A stretch of 64,000 bases of DNA, from the NCBI GenBank assembly GCA_964348195.1, contig CAYGBX010000009.1, positions 1,131 through 65,130 on the forward strand, given 5' to 3'. Each line of letters opens with the position of its first letter. Within the stretch, counting starts at the first letter, position 1. Below the pieces are notes generated by a model. That model saw nothing but the letters and a program-made list of their open reading frames with translations, was not told where the DNA came from and did no database searches. A program made the position numbers and the translations under genes. This document shows, piece after piece, positions 26,616 to 34,093 of the stretch. This DNA comes from an uncultured Anaerolineales bacterium. GTDB taxonomy: Bacteria; Chloroflexota; Anaerolineae; UBA7937; JACPPX01.

Positions 26616-26645
26616 TTGACCAAAAAGGGCGCGAACCACTAGGAT
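26616..26645 (+). promoter_or_regulatory. candidate promoter for the FTR1 permease gene
   Basis: TTGACC (26616-26621), 18-nt spacer, TAGGAT (26640-26645), inside a conspicuously low-GC intergenic patch. Confidence 0.3.
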
Positions 26646-26699
26646 CTCGCAACGCTGCGTCCGCTCTTGACGGGAGCGGTCGCGCCAATCCCTAGACGG

Positions 26700-27536
26700 A
26701 TGACACCGTTGATCACGGCTGGCCTGATCACTTTTCGCGAAGGGCTGGAAGCCTCGCTCATAGTGGGGATTGTTCTGGGGTACCTCAGAAAGATCGGCCG
26801 CTCGGACCGCCGGGGGTACGTGTGGAGCGGCGTTCTAGCCGCTGTGCTGGTGTCCCTCATCATCGCGGTTGGGCTCCGGTTCGTGGGCGGCCGGCTGGAG
26901 GGGGACGCGGAGGATACCTTCGAGGGAGCCACCATGTTCCTAGCGGCTGGAGTCCTCACCTACATGGTATTCTGGATGCGGTTCCAGGCGCGGTTCGTCA
27001 AGGTGGCGCTGGAGCGCGACATCGAGATGGCCGTGTCCTCGGGTCAGAATTGGGCTCTGTTCGGCCTGACGTTCGTCGCCGTCCTGCGTGAGGGGGTGGA
27101 GACGGCGCTCTTCCTGACCGCGGCGGCGTTTGTGACCACGCCGGCGGCAACCACCCTGGGCGGGGTTGCGGGCCTGGGGCTGGCCGTTCTTGTGGGATAC
27201 TCGATCTACGCCACGGCGGTGCGGTTGCCTGTGGGCCGCTTCTTCGATGTAACAAGCGGGCTGCTGCTGCTCTTCGCTGCGGGGCTCTTCGCTCATGGGG
27301 TCCACGAATTCCAGTCGGTGGGGCTGATCCCCACGATGGTGTCACAGGTCTGGGACACAAACTGGCTTCTGGATGAGAATTCCCCCGCCGGATCCGTGCT
27401 CAAGGCAGTGCTGGGCTACAATGCCAATCCGTCGCTGCTTGAGGTAGCGAGCTATGTGGGGTATTGGGTGCTGGTGGTGGTCTCGGTCCGCTGGTGGGTA
27501 TCTCGGCAGCGGATCCCCCTCGAAGGAAGCTCCTAG
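26700..27536 (+). CDS. FTR1/EfeU-family high-affinity iron permease
   Basis: Two REGxE motifs (REGLEASL, REGVETAL) in TM helices. The preferred start is ATG 26700 (MTPLITAGLITFREGLE). Confidence 0.85.
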   Translation: MTPLITAGLITFREGLEASLIVGIVLGYLRKIGRSDRRGYVWSGVLAAVLVSLIIAVGLRFVGGRLEGDAEDTFEGATMFLAAGVLTYMVFWMRFQARFVKVALERDIEMAVSSGQNWALFGLTFVAVLREGVETALFLTAAAFVTTPAATTLGGVAGLGLAVLVGYSIYATAVRLPVGRFFDVTSGLLLLFAAGLFAHGVHEFQSVGLIPTMVSQVWDTNWLLDENSPAGSVLKAVLGYNANPSLLEVASYVGYWVLVVVSVRWWVSRQRIPLEGSS

Positions 27537-27648
27537 CAGTCTCCTGGGGGATCAAGCCCATCGGGACATCCCTCGCGCACTCGAGCTTCCTGATCTTCAG
27601 AAGCCAAGGGTCTGCCCTTTGGACGTCTGCTGAGCGGGAGTGGCCTCC

Positions 27649-28020
27649 CTAGCCGGACCCCTCCCCTTCGGTGATTCTGCGATCCAGTTCACGAATCCGG
27701 CGGGACATCGTCTCGACAAGCCGGAAGGCCAAGGAGGGATCCTCCTGGATCCTTTGCAGGAAATTCCTCCTGTCTACGGTCAGCACGCGAGCGTCTCCAA
27801 GTGCGCGGACCGTGGCCGAGCGAACCGCTCTCTCAAAGATTGCCATCTCTCCGAAGAAGTCTCCCTCGCCCAGAAGGGCCAGCTGCACTTCTTTGCCTCC
27901 CTCTTCTGCCAGGACCTCGACCCGGCCCGCCTGGATGACGTACATGCAATCGCCCGGCTGTCCCTGCCGCACGATCACCTCTCCGTTCTGATACTCCTTG
28001 CCCAAGCGAGCGGCGCTCAC
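27649..28020 (-). CDS. stand-alone cyclic-nucleotide-binding domain protein (no HTH)
   Basis: 123 aa. GDCMYVIQAGRVEV...LGEGDFFGEMA...RSATVRA is a canonical cNMP-binding beta-roll. The protein ends before any DNA-binding domain. Confidence 0.8.
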   Translation of the reverse strand: MSAARLGKEYQNGEVIVRQGQPGDCMYVIQAGRVEVLAEEGGKEVQLALLGEGDFFGEMAIFERAVRSATVRALGDARVLTVDRRNFLQRIQEDPSLAFRLVETMSRRIRELDRRITEGEGSG

Positions 28021-28076
28021 CGCAATCCTCTCATTCCGCCTACCAGATCGCTCGGACGACCGGTTTCGAGATCTCG

Positions 28077-29534
28077 CTAGCCCGCCCTAGATTCGCGGTC
28101 GTCGATGGCGGCCGGAACCTTCGGTTCGGGTAGAACGGAACTCCTGGGAGAGCGGACGGACGTCCTCAGGGACTCCAGCAGCGACACCCCATTCTCCCAC
28201 AGGAACCGTAGCCAGAAGGCGGGATGAAAGGTGCGTAGAAGGATGTCTCGGTACGGCGCACTCCCTGTGAAGATGTCCCACAGCACCATGCTCATGAGAC
28301 GGCGGCGACCCTCCTTCTCCTGTTCGGCTTCGGTCATGTGAAGCACAGCGCTCCGCGCGAAGCGTCGCTTCTGGATCTGTCGCTTCAGTGCAAAGATCAC
28401 CTTGCCTATGGCGTTGTCCCGTTCGATCGTTCGACACACCGGCCAGTAGTGTCTCCTGAAGGCCGAGGAGGAGATGCCGTGGAACACCGCAGTGGTTGCG
28501 GCGGCCTTGGCCGTTCGGTAGGCGGCACCGATTCCGTCCTTGTATAGCCGGGTGACACCGCAATCGCCGATGAACACGATCCGATCGGCGAAGGGCTGAA
28601 CTGCGCCACGCACGTTGATCCTCGGCCAACACTGACAGGTGTTCTCGTCCAGGTCTGTGTCGGGGGGAAAGCACTGCCTGACCTCTGGTGCATCCAGAAA
28701 CGACTGTACCAGGGATCGATCTATGTCCCGTCCGAGGAGGCAGATGGTCGCGTAGTCTCCCTTCGGGATGACGGCTCCGAACTCCAGGCGCGGGATGTTC
28801 AGCAAGAAGACGTGCATGGAGCTCCCCAGATACTTCCCAATCCTCTCTTCGCCAAGGTGGTATTCTCGGATGAACGTTCTGGTCATAGAGGGGGGCCTGT
28901 AGTCCGTTCCCAGCGTGGGGAACAGCTTGAGGGCCGTAGAGTTCACCCCCGAGGCCACCGCCAGCAGGTCATAGGCCTCGGTCCACCCACCCGGGGTCTT
29001 GATCTGAGGTCGGCCCTCTTCCCACCGGATATCCTCCACTCGTTCGGGGATGAGAGTCGCTCCCTTGGCCCTCGCCAGTCCCTGCAGATGGCCATCGAAG
29101 CTCTCCCACTTGGCCGTCTCGAGGCCCCGCGGTCCAGCACCCCGGTGGACGGCAGCGATCCGCTTTTCTCGTTGCGGGGTCAAGATAAGCACGCTCCCCA
29201 CGTCCATATGCAGGTGGTAGGAGTCCGTGCCGCGCTGCACGACGGAGGGCGGAAGCACCAATCCCTCCGTAGCCAGATTCTGCACGAGAGTCTCAGAGAT
29301 GACTCCGCCACACATGTTGCAGCCAGGGGGGCCGGTGCGTGAGAAGTCTCGGGGCTCATAGATGTCCACACCGATATCGATGCCCACCCTCTCAGCCATG
29401 TCGCGGAGGAAGTAGCTGAAGAAGGAACCGGCCGGCCCGCCGCCCAGCACGGCAATCTCGGAGCCATCCTGAAGCGTGAGTTCTGGCGAGGTCTCGGCTG
29501 CGCGACTCTTTTGGGCCCAACCCTCGGTGATCAT
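28077..29534 (-). CDS. FAD/NAD(P)-binding oxidoreductase (geranylgeranyl-reductase-like fold)
   Basis: IAVLGGGPAGS dinucleotide-binding motif, GCNMCGGVIS and IGDCGV. The preferred start is ATG 29534 (GGGAGAGGG upstream). The track start at 29630 is also possible. Confidence 0.65.
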   Translation of the reverse strand: MITEGWAQKSRAAETSPELTLQDGSEIAVLGGGPAGSFFSYFLRDMAERVGIDIGVDIYEPRDFSRTGPPGCNMCGGVISETLVQNLATEGLVLPPSVVQRGTDSYHLHMDVGSVLILTPQREKRIAAVHRGAGPRGLETAKWESFDGHLQGLARAKGATLIPERVEDIRWEEGRPQIKTPGGWTEAYDLLAVASGVNSTALKLFPTLGTDYRPPSMTRTFIREYHLGEERIGKYLGSSMHVFLLNIPRLEFGAVIPKGDYATICLLGRDIDRSLVQSFLDAPEVRQCFPPDTDLDENTCQCWPRINVRGAVQPFADRIVFIGDCGVTRLYKDGIGAAYRTAKAAATTAVFHGISSSAFRRHYWPVCRTIERDNAIGKVIFALKRQIQKRRFARSAVLHMTEAEQEKEGRRRLMSMVLWDIFTGSAPYRDILLRTFHPAFWLRFLWENGVSLLESLRTSVRSPRSSVLPEPKVPAAIDDRESRAG

Positions 29535-29797
29535 ATGCCCTCTCCCCATCATGGTCCTCGAAGCCGGTCGGATGGCAAGTGACGGTTCAGCCGGTCGATC
29601 CTCCTTCGGGAAGCTGGCCCGCGGCTTCAACCCGGCTCACCATTGGGAGCGGATCCTGTGCCATCTGGAACTGAGCAGTGGTCACACAGAATGGCGGTGC
29701 CGCTCAAGGCGCGCCAGGCGAGTGGTTGCCTCCTCTCAAGGGTCGCGGACCCATCAGGGACCGGACGTCCTGATGAGCTCCACTCTACCACAACTAG

Positions 29798-29828
29798 GGT
29801 CAAAACGGGGTCCAAATCCGGTCCAAAT
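29798..29828 (-). promoter_or_regulatory. three direct repeats phased at exactly 11 bp (candidate regulator binding site)
   Basis: Plus strand: GGTCAAAAC (29798), GGTCCAAAT (29809), GGTCCAAAT (29820). Minus strand: ATTTGGACC-GG-ATTTGGACC-CC-GTTTTGACC. Located in a low-GC patch upstream of the oxidoreductase gene. Confidence 0.4.
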
Positions 29829-29955
29829 GTTGCACGATCGAGCATCGCGAGGAAGGAAGCGACATGCTACAGGCGATGACGGAGGAGCCAGAGGCGGCCT
29901 GCGGGAGCGCCGTGACTCAGACGCGGGTAGGGAACTCAGTGTGGTTGGGTGGACC

Positions 29956-31641
29956 TCAGGTGTCGACAAGGAGGAACAGGACGGCCCGCACGATGCCTTC
30001 CGCCCCAGTTTCCGCTTCGCCGGCCGCACCAACGGCGCGGATAGCCTCTAGGAAGGGCTCGGCGTTCTCTTGGTAGTCGCGAAGGTCCGCCCCAGTCAGC
30101 TCGCCGGCGGCCAGTTCCCGAAGGGAATCAATGTTGGCGTAGACGTATCCGGAGTTTTCGCGGGGGAGACGATCTCGGATCGCCTCGAAGCTCGGACTCT
30201 CCGCTACGGGCGATTGCGCCGCCGCCGTGGCGGCCAGCACGGACTCCTCCAGGTAGGCGATCAGCAAGTACTCGTCCTTGAATCCGTATCCCACCAAGAA
30301 CTGGCCGCTCTCATCGGTGAACACCGTCATCTCCACGCCGCCGATTGTCTCCTCTTCGAAGAGGAAGAGGGCGAGGGGGCCTAGGGCACCAATCACGTTT
30401 TCAATGTGGCGCCGGGCTCCCTCCACATCGTCGGTGCCGATCAGGGCATAGGCTCCGACCGCCGGGACGGTGGGATCGGGTGACGGTGCATCGACGAGCA
30501 CGAACGCCCACTCCCCGGTCATCCAGCTGAAGATGTCCTGCTCGATGTTGAACCCCAGCTCCGCCTCCAGATCCGCCAGGGTCTCCTCAAAGTCGGGGGT
30601 CCCTTCGAGTCCCTGCGATACCTGCGACCAGGCAGCGCTTAGGTTCTGACCGCTGAGGAAGAGGAGTGCATCCGCAGGGATGTCTTGAAGGACTGCGCCG
30701 GGAGAGGCCGGTTGCTGGAAGGCCGACCGCACTTGATCGGTCATCTGCTCTACGTCGTAGGTGGCGAAAGCCTCGATGCGGATCCCGTCCTCGTGAAAGG
30801 TTCCAGCCATCGCCGCCGCCTCAAGAGCCCCCAGGCCTTGGGTCTGCTCCTCAGGGAAGTCCACCGGGCTCATTCGACTGAGGGTCTCGATGATGTCAGA
30901 AGGCGCAAGGTACAGTGTGAGACGCGGCCCAGAAGGCAGAAGCGAGAGGATTCTGTCGTAGGCGGGGTTGTCGGCCAGCGAAAGGCGGTCCCTCGTGTCC
31001 ACAGCGAGATCCACCATTTCCTTGACCAGGCGCACGTCATTCGACCCCACCACCCAGTCGCTGAAGGTGGAGAGCACGATCTCTTGACCCGCGTCCTCGT
31101 GGACGTGCAGCACCACGCCCTGGTAGGTCTCTTCATCGTAGGACCTGCCGTCCCGCTCTTCCGCGGCAAGCAGCTTGGCTATGAATCGATCTGAAGCCTC
31201 CTGGTCGCGCGTTGCTGCCGCCACCACAAGGTCAGGTGGCACGAACGTGGCACGGATCACGTCACGCAAGCTGGGCACGGCCAAGATCACCTGGCTCCCC
31301 AGCCAGGGCTGGATGTCCTCCTCGATGGAGATATCGGCGCCTTCCTGGAGAATCCGATCCAAGTCATCCAGGGCCGAGCGAACGTCGGGATTGTCCAGGT
31401 AGATATCCCGCAGGGCCCGAAAGCCCTCGAGATCCCGGATGGCCAGATCGAGAGAGAGGATCACCTCCGTCCCCTCGGGGAGGATCTCGGCTGCCTGGCG
31501 AGCCTCGGTCTCTCCGAACAGCGCCAGGAGCTGATCCCGAAAGAGGATCCCAACCACGGCCACGGCGGAGCCGAATAGGACGATCACGCCCAGAAACACG
31601 GCCAGAGGGATCAGGACTCTCCGTCGAGCGGCCATTCGCAC
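29956..31641 (-). CDS. N-terminally anchored extracytoplasmic protein of unknown function (possibly DUF3352-like)
   Basis: 561 aa with a single N-terminal TM helix (VLIPLAVFLGVIVLFGSAVAVVGILF), then an acidic soluble body. The family assignment is from memory only. Confidence 0.45.
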   Translation of the reverse strand: MRMAARRRVLIPLAVFLGVIVLFGSAVAVVGILFRDQLLALFGETEARQAAEILPEGTEVILSLDLAIRDLEGFRALRDIYLDNPDVRSALDDLDRILQEGADISIEEDIQPWLGSQVILAVPSLRDVIRATFVPPDLVVAAATRDQEASDRFIAKLLAAEERDGRSYDEETYQGVVLHVHEDAGQEIVLSTFSDWVVGSNDVRLVKEMVDLAVDTRDRLSLADNPAYDRILSLLPSGPRLTLYLAPSDIIETLSRMSPVDFPEEQTQGLGALEAAAMAGTFHEDGIRIEAFATYDVEQMTDQVRSAFQQPASPGAVLQDIPADALLFLSGQNLSAAWSQVSQGLEGTPDFEETLADLEAELGFNIEQDIFSWMTGEWAFVLVDAPSPDPTVPAVGAYALIGTDDVEGARRHIENVIGALGPLALFLFEEETIGGVEMTVFTDESGQFLVGYGFKDEYLLIAYLEESVLAATAAAQSPVAESPSFEAIRDRLPRENSGYVYANIDSLRELAAGELTGADLRDYQENAEPFLEAIRAVGAAGEAETGAEGIVRAVLFLLVDT

Positions 31642-31723
31642 CTCCTACGTCACGATCCGACGCGAATCTGGCGGACTATAGATGGGGGGAAGAACTCGAT
31701 CAAGGACTGCCTATCGCCCTGGG

Positions 31724-33277
31724 CTAGGCACATGGCGCTCCGTCCTGCTGGGCGAGCGGGGTCTCCCTGCTCAAGAAGAGCGCCAGTCCCAGTCCTGCGA
31801 GGGCCAGAAGGGCTGCCCCCAAGAATGTCTCGGAGAGAATCTGGGCTGTGATGGTAGGTATGAGCGCAGCAATCTCAGCCACTGAGTAGGGTGAGCCGAG
31901 TTCCCGGAAGCGGACCAATCCCCAGGCGGCCAGCCAGGACAGTCCGATGCTCATCCCCATCAGCCGAAAGATCAGGAGCAACCCGGTGCCTAGCCCGCGC
32001 GATGCCGCCGGCACGGCGTCGATCACCGCGGTTGCCACAGGGGCGAGGACCAACCCGAGTCCGACTCCCGCCACCGACAGGTGGAGGGCCATCTGAGGCC
32101 TGCCGATCGCGGGGGACCAAGTGTTCATCAGCAGGAAGCCGCCCGAAAGGAGGATCAGACCCAGGGTGGCAGGAGGGCGGTACCCCACCCGGCTGGTGAG
32201 CCAGCCTCCCACCACCGACAACGTGGCCATGGCAACCGTGAAGGCGGAGAGGAGCTGGCCGCTCCCGACCGCGGCCGACCGAATCATGTCGGACACGTCC
32301 GCCCCTTCCACTTGGACCGTGTTGACAAAGAGCGGCACCGCCACCATGGCGATCACCGACCCGAACCCGACGACTCCGCTGATCAGGCAAGCGAGCGAGA
32401 GATTGCGGGAACGGAAGACGCGGAGGTCGATGAGAGGGAACGTGACCCGCCGTTGCAGCCACACAAAGGCCGCAGCCGTCAACGCCGCTCCGAGGAAGTA
32501 GGGCGCGGCGATCTGCCACGCCGGCGGGGGCTGAGGCGTGCCGGAGAAGTCGAAGGTCGGTCCCACCGCCGGAGCTCCGATCCTAGACAGTCCGACGTTG
32601 AAGAGCAGGAGAGTCATGCTCAGGAGCACCGCTCCCGGCCAGTCGAGCGAACGCGGCCTGCCACTGTGGGGCGCACTCAGATCTCGGAGAAGGTACCACG
32701 CCGCTGCAATGCCCAGGAGACTGATGGGGAGGTTGACGTAAAACTGCCACTGCCAGGTGAAGTAGCGGACCCAGAAGGCGCCATACAGAGGACCGACGAT
32801 CCACCCCAGCGTATCCACTGCGCCCAGCATTCCCAAGGCCATGGCCCGTCTGCGGACAGGGATGACGTCCCCCACGATAGCCAAGGCGACGGGGACGATG
32901 CCTCCTCCCCCAATGGCCTGGATCACGCGCCCCACGATAAGAAGCGGCAGGTCGGGGGCCTGTGCAACGAAGAGCGACCCCGCCCCAAAGATCGTGAGAC
33001 AGGCGACGAAGATCCGTCTGCGTCCGTAGAGGTCGGAAACCCGTCCCAGCAGAGGCATGGCCACCACATGGGCGATTAGGTATCCGGTGACGATCCAGGA
33101 AGCATCGTCGAGTCCACTGGGAAGCGGGATCTCGAAATCCACGATCATCTGAGGCAGCATGGTAGAGATGACCGTGAGGTCGTCGGCGGCGATGAAGATC
33201 CCGAACGCGACCAGGGCAAGGATCAAATAGGGACGGGGGTGGCCCGAAGCCGACGCTCGGGATCGGCCTTTGCTCAC
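31724..33277 (-). CDS. MFS transporter, 14-TM DHA2 (EmrB/QacA)-type; P55-like by context
   Basis: 517 aa. Motif A-like GRVSDLYGRRR and about 14 hydrophobic helices. Lies immediately downstream (28 bp) of the LprG-like lipoprotein gene. Confidence 0.85.
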   Translation of the reverse strand: MSKGRSRASASGHPRPYLILALVAFGIFIAADDLTVISTMLPQMIVDFEIPLPSGLDDASWIVTGYLIAHVVAMPLLGRVSDLYGRRRIFVACLTIFGAGSLFVAQAPDLPLLIVGRVIQAIGGGGIVPVALAIVGDVIPVRRRAMALGMLGAVDTLGWIVGPLYGAFWVRYFTWQWQFYVNLPISLLGIAAAWYLLRDLSAPHSGRPRSLDWPGAVLLSMTLLLFNVGLSRIGAPAVGPTFDFSGTPQPPPAWQIAAPYFLGAALTAAAFVWLQRRVTFPLIDLRVFRSRNLSLACLISGVVGFGSVIAMVAVPLFVNTVQVEGADVSDMIRSAAVGSGQLLSAFTVAMATLSVVGGWLTSRVGYRPPATLGLILLSGGFLLMNTWSPAIGRPQMALHLSVAGVGLGLVLAPVATAVIDAVPAASRGLGTGLLLIFRLMGMSIGLSWLAAWGLVRFRELGSPYSVAEIAALIPTITAQILSETFLGAALLALAGLGLALFLSRETPLAQQDGAPCA

Positions 33278-33305
33278 GGCAGTCTCCTGAAAGCCAGAAG
33301 CCGGC

Positions 33306-34049
33306 CTACGATGCGGAGACCGGAGGCGGGGCGATCTCTACCGGTTGGTCGAACTCAGAAAAGGCGATCTCCCAGATTCGGGGCCGCTCGGGGTCGCTGC
33401 CCAACTCCACTAGATGGACTCTGTGGAGAAGGAACGTCTCGCTGTCGACCCACACTTGCACGGTCACGTCGCCGGCTCCAGCGAGGCCGGGTTGCCACCT
33501 CATAACCTCCTGGGCGGGCGCGGTGCCTTGGAGCCGGTATGCGGATTGGTCCTCAAGGGATTCCAGCCCCAGCTTCTGCAGCGCAACCTGAGACACGATC
33601 GCTGGGATCCCGACCTCCTGGTCGAAAGGCAGCCCCGGCGCGAACCGCCAGCCCCACTCCGGCGGCAGGGTCTCCCACCGCTGAGACAGAGGGTTCGTGA
33701 TGTAGGAGAGGCCACCGATGCCGATGAACCCCACATCAGTCGTGATCCCCAGGGTGTTGACACGCATCACCCCCCGGACTCTGTCGGGGCGGAGCAGGTC
33801 TCCTTCCACGTGCTTCAAGGCAGTCGTGGGTGGGCTGTCGATGTAGTAGTGCACCCCTTCGACTTCGATCACGTAGTGGAGGGAGCGGATGGCGAGCATA
33901 GCGTCAGCAGCCCGCGCTGCGATCTCCTCCGCCGTCAGATCGGGGGTAGGAGTAGGCTCGGGCGGCGCGGGGCGACCGATGCAGGCGCCCGCGGCCGCTG
34001 TCGGGGCAAGCGCCAACGCTGCTAGTAGAAGAGCGAATCTGAGGCTCAC
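33306..34049 (-). CDS. LppX/LprAFG-family lipoprotein (LprG-like)
   Basis: Signal peptide plus lipobox (AAAGAC). By eye the body is colinear with M. tuberculosis LprG. Examples: A.R....MLAIRSLHYVIEVEG vs KALKSAHMVLTVNG; LKHVEGDL vs LKTLSGDL; VQVWVDSET vs ATVWIQETG; C-terminal PPPVS vs KPPVS. Confidence 0.7.
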   Translation of the reverse strand: MSLRFALLLAALALAPTAAAGACIGRPAPPEPTPTPDLTAEEIAARAADAMLAIRSLHYVIEVEGVHYYIDSPPTTALKHVEGDLLRPDRVRGVMRVNTLGITTDVGFIGIGGLSYITNPLSQRWETLPPEWGWRFAPGLPFDQEVGIPAIVSQVALQKLGLESLEDQSAYRLQGTAPAQEVMRWQPGLAGAGDVTVQVWVDSETFLLHRVHLVELGSDPERPRIWEIAFSEFDQPVEIAPPPVSAS

Positions 34050-34093
34050 GGAGACACGTACTCAGGATACAGTACGTGGGTTTCCGGGGCGAG

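Noticed and set aside
26540-26640. Search for an IdeR/DtxR/MntR operator in the DtxR-FTR1 intergenic region
   Set aside because: Only weak partial palindromes were found (AGGT...ACCT; TTTTTATCA...ACCAAAAA), with no match to the consensus boxes I know. Not reported as a feature.
29627-29879. Small ORFs (72 and 78 aa) in the 325-bp gap between the oxidoreductase and the anchored-protein genes
   Set aside because: They have no RBS or motif support, and the region looks like a promoter/regulatory spacer with phased direct repeats.
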